A stretch of 26,334 nucleotides of DNA from Erysipelotrichaceae bacterium MTC7. Lineage in GTDB: Bacteria; Bacillota_I; Bacilli_A; Erysipelotrichales; Erysipelotrichaceae. The position numbers were made by a program, and so were the translations under genes. This document shows, in pieces, positions 1 through 8,498 of the stretch. Where the stretch lies: assembly GCA_001695645.1 (NCBI GenBank), contig LVZN01000024.1, positions 1 to 26,334 on the forward strand, read 5' to 3'. Below the pieces are notes generated by a model. It made no database searches. It was given only the letters and a program-made list of their open reading frames with translations, and had not been told where the DNA came from. The number at the start of each line of letters is the position of its first letter. The first letter of the stretch is position 1.

Positions 1-372
1 CAATCCCAATTTTGAGGAACGTGTTAACAAGTACATTAACTTCCATTAATTACTTACACACTTTTCTTGACACTCCCATGTGATGAGTTGATACACATCT
101 GATAAGCAATCCATTTATGGGTTACCTAACGCTTCCCCTGAAATTGATTTTTCAATAAAATGAAATGGCAATAGAAAACCGTTTTTTTGTGGTTTGTCTC
201 CAAACAGAGGGGTTTCTTCTACTGTGTAATTTTAGCGAGTCAACCACCGTCTTTATAAAACAGCCATTCAAGATCGGCATTTAATTCGACAAGATTTTCA
301 CTTAATTCTTTGTATGCAAAGAAACTACCACCTAAGATATGCTTTAAGTTGGTATCGTTTAGTTCTATGTTT

Positions 373-1172
373 TTATCTTTTATTTAATTCATCATTGTTG
401 TCCTGTCTTTTTTTTATTGGGAGCCAGTATTCACACATCACTCTTTTATCTTCTGTTTGTGTGTGAACAGCTACGTCAGGTCCAATGTCATATTCATAGC
501 CACTTATTGGCAACCACTCATAAATAATACGACTTCCTATTGTCTGTCTTTCTTCTAGTGTTTTATCTCGATAAGAGAAAATAGCCCATGTATAAATATC
601 TACCATATGTGCATCCAAAAGTTCAAGAGTATCTTTCTGTGATGTTTGGTTCAATTCTTGCATCGTACCATTACTTTCACAGCTGCCCCATAGTTACTTA
701 ACCGGCTTGAACATGCTGTCGAAGTCTCCGTGAAGTGAAGTAGATGAACCAACAATACGAAAAGCATTTTTGGTTACAATTCTATAGTCTAAACTATCTG
801 TACCTTTAATCACCATTTGAATGCTTGGAGGTGAGTATGATTTAAATTGAGAACTATCTTCTTTAACAAGTGATGGAGCAATGCCATGAACACTTTGAAA
901 CGCACGATTAAATGCTGTAGGTGAGTTGTAGGCATACGTGAGTGCAATATCGATGATCTTCCTATCTGTGTTTTTCAAATCTACAGCTGCCAAATACGTT
1001 CGTCTACGTCTAATATACTCAGATAAAGGAATCCCTGTCATATACGCAAAGATTATTTGAAATGATAGGTTGAGCAACCAACGATTTCTGCAATATCTTT
1101 GGTTTGTAAGTCTTCTGTCATGTGATGTTTCATATAGGTGATTGCTTTATTGAATTTCTCTATCCACTCCAT
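373..1172 (-). pseudogene. AraC/XylS-family regulator with GyrI-like effector-binding C-terminal domain, disrupted by one frameshift and one in-frame TAA
   Basis: Three collinear minus-strand pieces. (1) 1172..1053 reads MEWIEKFNKAITYMKHHMTEDLQTKDIAEIVGCSTYHFK*, with RBS AAGGAGA 7 nt upstream of the ATG at 1172. (2) 1077..694, in another frame, reads ...IIFAYMTGIPLSEYIRRRRTYLAAVDL...SPTAFNRAFQSVHGIAP, an AraC-type HTH. (3) An in-frame TAA at 694-696 is followed in the same frame by 663..373 (...YEWLPISGYEY...CEYWLPIKK), which looks like a GyrI-like domain C-terminus. The frameshift maps to the A-rich tract near 1053-1060. Confidence 0.75.
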
Positions 1173-1346
1173 TGTGCGTTCTCCTTTTTTATATATCTAA
1201 TTATAAAGGGTTATATTAACTTTGTCCGCTCTTCTAGCATCATAATTAGAGAGCATGAAAAAGGTAAGTCATGTTTCGATCTGACTGGTACATTTGATTT
1301 TCATAGAATATTGAGAATATTCATTCTATAATGGAGATATAACGAG

Positions 1347-2525
1347 GTGAAACATATGAAGAATTTTACATATTATGTCCCAACGAAAATCCATTTTGGA
1401 AAAAATCAAATACAACACTTACCTGAAGAAGTAGCAAGTTTTGGTAAACGGGTCCTTCTTGTCTACGGTGCAGGAAGTATAAAAACACTTGGACTATATG
1501 ATGAAGTCTATCGTTTGTTAGATGATTGTACGATTGTTGAATGTTCTGGAATCGAACCAAATCCACGAATTGACTCAGTGAGAAAAGGGGTAAAACTTTG
1601 TAAAACCCATAATATTGATGTCATTCTCGCTGTCGGAGGCGGTAGTGTGCTTGATGCATCAAAGGGCATTGCAGCAGGAGCACTGTCAAAAGAAGATCCG
1701 TGGGAATTAACCCTAGATGCGAAAAAGATTAAAGTTGCTTTACCGATTCTTTCTGTGTTGACGTTAAGTGCAACTGGTAGTGAAATGGATCAAACAGCGG
1801 TTATCACAAATCCAGAAACCAAAAGCAAACGTGGGTTTGCTAGTGATTTGTTGTTTCCAAAAGTGAGTATTTGTGATCCGACCTATACCTATACTGTAAG
1901 TGCATTTCAAAGTGCTGCAGGAGTTGCAGATATTATGTCACATATTATGGAGACATTTTTTCACCATGAAGAAGGTTGTGATATTTCTGATCAAGTGGCA
2001 ATTGACTTATTAAAGACATGCGTGAAATATGGTCCAGTGCTACTAGATGAACCTGATAATTACGAAGCGCGTGCAAATATCATGTGGGCAGGAACGTGGG
2101 CAATCAATGGATTTTTAGTTGCAGGTCCAGGCAAGAAATGGAGCTGTCATGCGATGCAACACATACTTAGTGCATATTATGATGTAACGCATGGAGCTAC
2201 GCTTGCTTTGTTGGAACCAGCTTGGTTGGCTTATATTCTAAATGATACCAACAAAGACCGTATCGCAAGATTTGCCCGTGAAGTCTTTCATGTAGAGGAA
2301 GAAAACACACGTGCTTGTGCAACCTTAGGAATTCAAAAATTGTATGCATTTTTTACTGAGACAATGAAGCTACCAAAAAACTTTGAAGAACTTGGTATTC
2401 CAACAGATGCAAATTTAGAAGCGCTCGCTAAGGAATGTGTAAAGGTGCGTCCAGGTGGGCACATTGATGGTTATGAAGTACTTGAAGCTAATGATGTGTA
2501 TGAAATCTATAAACGCTGTATGTAG
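1347..2525 (+). CDS. Iron-containing (group III) alcohol dehydrogenase, butanol-dehydrogenase/YqhD-like
   Basis: 392-aa ORF with RBS GAGGTGA 5 nt before the ATG. Family motifs: GGGSVLDASK glycine loop, and the His-rich metal-ligand region HIMETFFHH ... HAMQHILSAYYDVTHG. Confidence 0.9.
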   Translation: MKHMKNFTYYVPTKIHFGKNQIQHLPEEVASFGKRVLLVYGAGSIKTLGLYDEVYRLLDDCTIVECSGIEPNPRIDSVRKGVKLCKTHNIDVILAVGGGSVLDASKGIAAGALSKEDPWELTLDAKKIKVALPILSVLTLSATGSEMDQTAVITNPETKSKRGFASDLLFPKVSICDPTYTYTVSAFQSAAGVADIMSHIMETFFHHEEGCDISDQVAIDLLKTCVKYGPVLLDEPDNYEARANIMWAGTWAINGFLVAGPGKKWSCHAMQHILSAYYDVTHGATLALLEPAWLAYILNDTNKDRIARFAREVFHVEEENTRACATLGIQKLYAFFTETMKLPKNFEELGIPTDANLEALAKECVKVRPGGHIDGYEVLEANDVYEIYKRCM

Positions 2526-2666
2526 CAATAAACGACAGAAAAACAAGAAATTGCTCGAGTTATAAACTTGGTGGTAATTGCTTGTGTGTTTACAATAAAT
2601 AACTTAAAACTATACGTGTAGAGTAATTTTAACGTAGTATGTGTGATTTTTAGAAGGGAAAAGAAT

Positions 2667-5537
2667 ATGAAATCAAATGTAAGAAACAATTTTTTTGTAA
2701 GTGGATGCATCATTCTACTTATGATTAGTATGTTGCCTGTGTCAGGTGGAGCGTTGAGAAAAGCTGAAACGGTGACAAGCAAAACAGTAGAGAGTATAGA
2801 AAAGCAAAGTTTGGATGCTAGCCAAATATACGAATTAAATGACAAGAATACATTTGCATCGATTATCTACGATGCAAATAACAAAAACCAAGAGTCTATT
2901 CAGATTACCGTTCCTAGTGGAGGATATGTCGAAACAGAAACAATCTCGATTGGTAATCATGGAACATTGAAGAATGTTACTGTTGATACAACACAAGGTA
3001 CATTAACCATTGAGGGAAAACTTTTCTTATATGGACAAAGCAAGTTTGATTACATCGGTCAAAATGAAGTGAATCTTGTTGTTCCGCAAGCTACGGGTAA
3101 TGAGTCTCATACTTGTATAGACTTAAATGATGCATCACTTGCGCGTGTAACAAACATAAGTGGTAATTATCAAACAGGTGATAATCGTCTAAATAATTTT
3201 AATGAAGGAATATATATTACTAATAACGCAAGTATTGTTGTAGAAGGAGATATTCGTAATCTCGCAAACCCACTTACTATTATGAATGCTGAAGAATATG
3301 CATCAGTTCATGTTAAAGGTGATTTTAAAAATAATTATTATGGTATTAATGCAGATACATTGGATAATGTAAGTGAAGCGATAAAAATTAAGGTTGATGG
3401 GTTATTCCAATCGGATCAAATAACGTTTACCATAAGTGGAAAGGTGCAATTTGAAACAAAACAAAAGATTGTTTCGAATGGAAGTCTTTTCGCCTTCTTG
3501 GGGGATATTGACAAGCCTTCAGAATTTTCTGTAAAAGCAAAAGCAATTGAAAGTTCACAACATCAACTACATTATACTGTGATTGGAGATACGACATTAA
3601 CCATGGAAGGGCTGAATGATTTACATATGACGCACCATGTAAACTTAGCTAATGATGCACAACTTACGTTAAACGCAAACATCATTGGTAAAAGTTCTGG
3701 TGGTTTAATTCGTACAAATGGAGAAGGTTCCATTGTAATTGATGGACACGTTGTGAATTTAAAGGGACTTGCTGTTGTCGCAAATGATGATAATCCTATT
3801 TTTATCAATCAAGATGCGCTTATATTAGGTATAGGTACAGATATAACGGATGTTGTTCTGTCAACCACGATAAGTAATGATGGAGCGATTGTTGCTTGGG
3901 ACAAAAGTAATATAGAGAAAAAACCAGCAAATTCACAAGTTGGTCTAGAGATTTTTGCAAAGCAATACGAAGATGTGTGCTGGGTATATGCTGATGATGG
4001 CAGTCGATGGCTAGCCTATAACGATATCCGTATCGTAAAAGATGATAGTCAGAATGAAAGCAAACAAGGAACGTTTGAAATTGGTATTGGGGATGATTAT
4101 GAATATCATTCAGTAAATGAATTGCTTGCTGCCATAGTGGATGAAGGATATAGTGATCTAACAATAAAAATCGCGACGGATCATGTTGTAGAAACAGAAC
4201 GTATTGTCTTAGGAATTCACGAACAAGATTTTGAAATTGATTATGGATATGAATGCAATCTCACTATAGATACAAGCGATTACGGGTTGCTCGTACAAGG
4301 TGGTTTGTCTGTTTATGATACGTATCGTTTTGATTATATAGGCAACAAGGGCGTTGATCTAAGACTTGAAAATTCTGATACAGCTCTTACAGTTGCTGGA
4401 AATGGTTATGCACGCGTACATTCAATAGAGTCTAAACAAAGTGAAAATGATGTACCGCAACTACCGAATTGGGCAGTGTATGCAAATAATCAAGCAACGG
4501 TTGTTGTAGAAGGCTCTATTACAAACGTAGATTTAGGGATTCAAATTTCAGAAGATGCATCTGTTGAAGTAAAAGGAGATGTTATTACGCGAATGAGAGG
4601 TGTGAGCACCGTTCATGTCTATGATAATCAAACCAATCAAAACGCACGTGCAAGTGTGAAAATTGATGGAGATTTAAAAAGTGAAACTACATTGTATAGT
4701 TACTATACAAATCTTGACGTTGTTGTGTTAGGAACTGTCGAAACAACCATAGAAGATGGAATTTTCTTTATGGGTGAAGATGCTACAATGAATGTAAAGG
4801 TTGGTGCGATAGAAGGAAGTACGAAAGATTTTTATGCCGCAACGGTGGTTGATAGTTTGTTGAAAATAGAAGTTGTTGATGCAATTGAAAAACCCCTTTC
4901 TTTCAGAATGAATCAAGGACAAATACACATCGTCGGAACATGGACAGGAGCATCTAATAAGCCTTTAATCGATGTTGTTGGTATGGGTTCGACGGTTGTT
5001 GATCAGGGTGGAATTATCAATCATAAAGGACCAGCCTTGTCATGTGAGCTATCAATTATGAATGTAACAATTGGTAGTGATGGTTATTTAGTTGGTAAAG
5101 GAAATTTGCTTACTGATGTTATAGGGAATTTCCCAGATTTTGATGCAAGAGTAGCAAATACAGGATCCTCGCTGTCAAATAAAGGAACAATTGTTGCTTG
5201 GGATGGAAAAATCGAAGCAAAAAAACAAGACAGCACACAAGGCTTGCTTACGTTTGGTGAAACGGCGAAACAAGCAACATGGCATTTTGATGAAAACAAT
5301 GAAGCTTGGATTGCTCTTGCAAAAAAACCGTTAACCCAAATTGAAGGGATTACAAAGTTTGTGGATAAAGAGGTAACGCCAGAAGGGCCATCAACAGATA
5401 AACCACAAATATCAACTAGCAATCCACAAACGTCTCCAGAATCCGGGGATACTACGAATGCTGTATTGTGGATAGTCGTGCTAGCAGCAGCTGGGTTGGG
5501 GATTGTGTTTGTCATCTACAGGAATAAGAAAAAATAG
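2667..5537 (+). CDS. Large secreted surface protein (956 aa) with N-terminal signal peptide, two ~400-aa internal repeats and a C-terminal hydrophobic anchor with basic tail
   Basis: I prefer the ATG at 2667 (RBS AGAAGGGAAAAG just upstream) to the GTG at 2643. The signal peptide is MKSNVRNNFFVSGCIILLMISMLPVSGGA. The body is rich in short V-x-V/G-D-I beta-strand-like periodicity, which looks like a beta-helix adhesin (inference). The C-terminus is ...NPQTSPESGDTTNAVLWIVVLAAAGLGIVFVIYRNKKK. I recognise no specific family. Confidence 0.8.
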   Translation: MKSNVRNNFFVSGCIILLMISMLPVSGGALRKAETVTSKTVESIEKQSLDASQIYELNDKNTFASIIYDANNKNQESIQITVPSGGYVETETISIGNHGTLKNVTVDTTQGTLTIEGKLFLYGQSKFDYIGQNEVNLVVPQATGNESHTCIDLNDASLARVTNISGNYQTGDNRLNNFNEGIYITNNASIVVEGDIRNLANPLTIMNAEEYASVHVKGDFKNNYYGINADTLDNVSEAIKIKVDGLFQSDQITFTISGKVQFETKQKIVSNGSLFAFLGDIDKPSEFSVKAKAIESSQHQLHYTVIGDTTLTMEGLNDLHMTHHVNLANDAQLTLNANIIGKSSGGLIRTNGEGSIVIDGHVVNLKGLAVVANDDNPIFINQDALILGIGTDITDVVLSTTISNDGAIVAWDKSNIEKKPANSQVGLEIFAKQYEDVCWVYADDGSRWLAYNDIRIVKDDSQNESKQGTFEIGIGDDYEYHSVNELLAAIVDEGYSDLTIKIATDHVVETERIVLGIHEQDFEIDYGYECNLTIDTSDYGLLVQGGLSVYDTYRFDYIGNKGVDLRLENSDTALTVAGNGYARVHSIESKQSENDVPQLPNWAVYANNQATVVVEGSITNVDLGIQISEDASVEVKGDVITRMRGVSTVHVYDNQTNQNARASVKIDGDLKSETTLYSYYTNLDVVVLGTVETTIEDGIFFMGEDATMNVKVGAIEGSTKDFYAATVVDSLLKIEVVDAIEKPLSFRMNQGQIHIVGTWTGASNKPLIDVVGMGSTVVDQGGIINHKGPALSCELSIMNVTIGSDGYLVGKGNLLTDVIGNFPDFDARVANTGSSLSNKGTIVAWDGKIEAKKQDSTQGLLTFGETAKQATWHFDENNEAWIALAKKPLTQIEGITKFVDKEVTPEGPSTDKPQISTSNPQTSPESGDTTNAVLWIVVLAAAGLGIVFVIYRNKKK
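2823..5333 (+). repeat. Intragenic tandem duplication: repeat 1 ~2823-4037, repeat 2 ~4068-5333 (protein-level, diverged)
   Basis: Collinear matches between the halves: GGYVETETISIG / DHVVETERIVLG; KFDYIGQNEVNL / RFDYIGNKGVDL; ASIVVEGDI / ATVVVEGSI; ASVHVKGDF / ASVEVKGDV; GAIVAWDKSNIEKKPANSQVGL / GTIVAWDGKIEAKKQDSTQGLL. An identical 14-nt DNA tract attgttgcttggga occurs at 3888-3901 and 5190-5203. Confidence 0.8.
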
Positions 5538-5591
5538 TTTGAATCTTCTGTAAAGATTTTGTAAAAAATAATGAAAAAATTGTAATAAATG

Positions 5592-5620
5592 AAAGAGATG
5601 ATGGTAACATTATCTTTTTT
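5592..5620 (+). terminator. Rho-independent terminator candidate after the surface-protein gene
   Basis: Hairpin AAAGAGATGATG-GTAA-CATTATCTTTTT, ~12 bp including two G-T wobbles. The 3' arm runs into a T6 tract (5615-5620). Confidence 0.55.
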
Positions 5621-5636
5621 CAGTTAAAATATAGTT

Positions 5637-6494
5637 ATGGATAAAATTGTAGAAATCGCTCATAAAATTATTGCAGAACATTCAGACTTAGACATTGCAG
5701 TTGATTTCACGTGTGGAAATGGATACGATACAAAGTTTCTCAGTGAACAGTGCAAGCAGGTGTATGCCTTTGATGTTCAGGAAGTTGCAATAGAAAAAGC
5801 AAAAACAATTGCACAACGAAGCAACATTGAATGGATTTGTGATAGTCATATTCATCTTGAAAGCTACGTTGGTGCTTTTGATGTAGGTGTGTTTAATTTA
5901 GGATACTTGCCAGGAGGAGATGAAAAAATAACAACGAATGCAGATGATGTCATCAAAGCTTTACATAAAGCGTTTGCCATTGCACATAAACCTGCGTTGC
6001 TTGTAATGGTTTTATATCCTGGATTTGCACATGGAAAACAAGAAGCAGATAAAATTGAAAGTTTTGTTGCGACACTGGATAGTAAACACTTTGATGTGGA
6101 AAAACAACAAATACTTAACCGGAATGATGCACCATATATCATTAGCATCAAATTGAAAGGTGAAGATGAAGTTGTACCATTTTTATACCCTTTACATCTA
6201 TGCATAGATCAAGTTACATATAGTTTCTATAAAAGATTTCTTGAGTATAGTGAAGTTGATGATTTCACTGTAACTAGAGTAAACTATGAAGACCTGGAAG
6301 ATGTACAATATGATGAAGAATATTTGCAATTTCTTGTGCCTAAAAAAGTTTTATTAACAACGAAAATAGTTAGTCCAATCATTCTTAAAAATCTCTATAT
6401 GCGTATGTATGTCTCAAGAAAACGTAATGGGTTTGATGATGATTTCCAAAGTGAAGTGCATACAGAGGATTGTGTTCCTAGTGGGAAAGACTAG
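5637..6494 (+). CDS. mnmM: SAM-dependent methyltransferase of the YtqB/MnmM family (tRNA mnm5s2U34 methyltransferase-like) with a ~110-aa C-terminal extension of unknown function
   Basis: Residues 1-174 match my recollection of B. subtilis YtqB: DFTCGNGYDT (SAM motif I), VYAFDVQ, VFNLGYLPGGDEKITT, PYIISIKLK near the normal C-terminus. The ORF then continues for another ~110 aa. Confidence 0.75.
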   Translation: MDKIVEIAHKIIAEHSDLDIAVDFTCGNGYDTKFLSEQCKQVYAFDVQEVAIEKAKTIAQRSNIEWICDSHIHLESYVGAFDVGVFNLGYLPGGDEKITTNADDVIKALHKAFAIAHKPALLVMVLYPGFAHGKQEADKIESFVATLDSKHFDVEKQQILNRNDAPYIISIKLKGEDEVVPFLYPLHLCIDQVTYSFYKRFLEYSEVDDFTVTRVNYEDLEDVQYDEEYLQFLVPKKVLLTTKIVSPIILKNLYMRMYVSRKRNGFDDDFQSEVHTEDCVPSGKD

Positions 6495-6527
6495 TCTATT
6501 CTAAAGAGCAGGTGTATAATAAGACAT

Positions 6528-7880
6528 ATGAAAAAAACACCAAGCAATTACTTTTTTGATAATATTCAACTACGGCGACTGATTCTACCTTTGATGGTGG
6601 AACAGTTGCTTTCTATTTCTGTGGGTGCAATTGATACCATCATGGTTTCGTCTGTAGGAGAAAATGCGGTTAGTGGACTTGCGTTGGTCGAGACTATCAA
6701 TATCTTGTTGATTAATATCTTTGCGGCACTGGCAACTGGTGGAGCTGTAGTAGCAAGTCAATACTTGGGTCAAGATAATGCAAGAAAAGCGCGCGATGCA
6801 TGTAAACAATTACTGTTTGTTGCAACGGGGATTGCCATTGTCGTGGCGTTTTTGGTGATTGCCTTTGAAGGAAATATCTTACGTGCAATCTTTGGTGATG
6901 TGGGAAAAGAAATCATGCAATATGCTATGATGTATTTCTTTATATCGGCACTAGGATATCCATTTATCGCTTTGTATAACGGTGGTGCTGCCATCTTTCG
7001 TTCTATGGGGAACTCACGTATCTCCATGCGTACATCGCTGTTAATGAACGGTTTAAACGTATGTGGGAACACTTTGTTTATCTTTGGCTTTGGTTGGGGA
7101 GTTGCAGGAGCAGCGTTATCTACACTGTTGAGTCGAATCATTGGTTCCATTTTAATCACGAGAAGATTAAATGATCAAAGTTTACCACTTTATGTAAACA
7201 ACCTTAAAGACTATCGGTTTGATTGGACGATGGTTAAACGGATTTTAAGTATTGCTATTCCTTCTGGTTTTGAAAATGGAATCTTTCAAGGTGGAAAGAT
7301 TATTGTGCAATCACTGGTTTCAACTTTTGGGGCAGCGAGTATTGCCGCCAATGCGGTCATTGGAAACTTTAGTTCGTTTATGATTGTACCTGGAGCAGCC
7401 ATTGGGTTAGCTATGATCCCGGTGGTTGGTCGCTGTGTTGGAGCAAACGATTATGTCCAGGCAAAGTATTACATTCGCAAACTGATGCTGTATGGCTATC
7501 TTACAACAGCCGCATCAACATTGTTGTTTGTGATTTTGAAACAACCGATGTTTCAACTGTATTCCTTAAGTGCAGAAACGCTGAAAATCGCAGATGTATT
7601 AATCATGATGATGGCTGTGGGTAACATTCTTATGTGGAATATGTCCTTTGCCTTTCCTAATGCACTGCGTGCTAGTAACGATGCCAAATTTACGATGGTC
7701 GTATCCATCGTTTCGATGTTTACATGTCGGGTATTTCTTGCTTACATGTTAACGGGTTTGTTTCATTTGCGTATTGAAGCAGTCTATATTGGAATGCTTG
7801 TTGACTGGGTGTTCCGTAGTACGTGTTTCTTCTTGCGTTATCGAAGTGGGAAATGGATGAATCGCAAACTACTCGCATAA
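6528..7880 (+). CDS. MATE-family efflux transporter
   Basis: 450 aa, about 12 hydrophobic segments. The N-terminal signature RRLILPLMVEQLLSISVGAIDTIMVS is typical of MATE (NorM/DinF-like) proteins. Confidence 0.85.
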   Translation: MKKTPSNYFFDNIQLRRLILPLMVEQLLSISVGAIDTIMVSSVGENAVSGLALVETINILLINIFAALATGGAVVASQYLGQDNARKARDACKQLLFVATGIAIVVAFLVIAFEGNILRAIFGDVGKEIMQYAMMYFFISALGYPFIALYNGGAAIFRSMGNSRISMRTSLLMNGLNVCGNTLFIFGFGWGVAGAALSTLLSRIIGSILITRRLNDQSLPLYVNNLKDYRFDWTMVKRILSIAIPSGFENGIFQGGKIIVQSLVSTFGAASIAANAVIGNFSSFMIVPGAAIGLAMIPVVGRCVGANDYVQAKYYIRKLMLYGYLTTAASTLLFVILKQPMFQLYSLSAETLKIADVLIMMMAVGNILMWNMSFAFPNALRASNDAKFTMVVSIVSMFTCRVFLAYMLTGLFHLRIEAVYIGMLVDWVFRSTCFFLRYRSGKWMNRKLLA

Positions 7881-7889
7881 TTCAAAGAC

Positions 7890-7921
7890 ACAAAGCTGAT
7901 CGTTGTTCGCTTTGTTTTTTT
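7890..7921 (+). terminator. Rho-independent terminator candidate after the MATE gene
   Basis: Stem ACAAAGC (7890-7896) pairs with GCTTTGT (7909-7915), followed by a T7 run. The 12-nt loop is rather large. Confidence 0.55.
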
Positions 7922-7997
7922 GACTTAACATTTGCCACTCCAAATAATGAAAACTCATGTATAATAGAAGGTAAGAAAAGAAGAAGAGGGATTACTT

Positions 7998-8498
7998 ATG
8001 TTTGAACATTGTATAGCATTATTAAAAGAGCGTGGAGTGAATATACAAGACATTAATGATTGTGTCATGTATCTCCAAAAAGATCACGAAACTGGTGTCA
8101 CAAATGATGAAGTGAGTGAAACAGTCAATAGCATTATTCAAAAGCGTGAAGTCCAACATGCCATTATGACAGGAATTGCTTTAGATAAAGCAGCTGAGCA
8201 GCATATCCTAGATGACAAGATTTTGGAAGATATCATTAACCGTGATGAATCACTTTATGGAATTGATGAAGTAATGGCCTATGGAATTTGTAATCTATAT
8301 GGATCAATTGCACTTACAAACTTTGGATTTATTGATAAAGATAAATTTGGAATTATCAAAGAGTTAAACGATCATAAAGACAATCCAAACATCTGTCATA
8401 CATTTTTAGATGATATCGTGGGGGCAATTGCAGCCAGTGCAGCTAGTCGAATTGCGCATAACCAACGTGAAGTTGTAGGAAGCAAAGATGCGAAGTAA
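7998..8498 (+). CDS. yutG: PgpA-family (phosphatidylglycerophosphatase A-like) protein, YutG-like
   Basis: 166 aa with RBS AGAGGGA. Collinear with my recollection of B. subtilis YutG: KREVQHAIMTGIALDK, LYGIDEVMAYGICNLYGSIALTNFGFIDK, HTFLDDIVGAIAASAASR. Confidence 0.75.
   Translation: MFEHCIALLKERGVNIQDINDCVMYLQKDHETGVTNDEVSETVNSIIQKREVQHAIMTGIALDKAAEQHILDDKILEDIINRDESLYGIDEVMAYGICNLYGSIALTNFGFIDKDKFGIIKELNDHKDNPNICHTFLDDIVGAIAASAASRIAHNQREVVGSKDAK

Noticed and set aside
1-372. Possible coding remnants on the minus strand. One is a start-less frame at ~380..237 (IKDKNIELNDTNLKHILGGSFFAYKELSENLVELNADLEWLFYKDGG*). The other is an ATG at 46 reading out of the window (MEVNVLVNTFLKIGI...).
   Set aside because: There is no start codon or RBS for the first. 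The second shows only 15 visible codons and has no RBS. I recognise no motif in either, so I cannot support a feature call.
1122-1331. 69-aa plus-strand ORF from the track
   Set aside because: It lies antisense to the N-terminus and RBS of the AraC pseudogene and runs through the adh promoter region. It has no RBS and a low-complexity hydrophobic composition, so it is probably spurious.
3572-5515. Minus-strand ORFs inside the surface-protein gene (3572..3808, 3820..4164, 4728..4928, 5084..5515)
   Set aside because: They are fully antisense to a long, internally consistent CDS. They have no RBS and odd composition (for example His/Leu/Gln-rich), so they are shadow ORFs.
7823-8005. 60-aa plus-strand ORF bridging the MATE 3' end and the yutG start
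   Set aside because: It overlaps the MATE CDS out of frame and reads through the terminator hairpin and the promoter region. It has no RBS.
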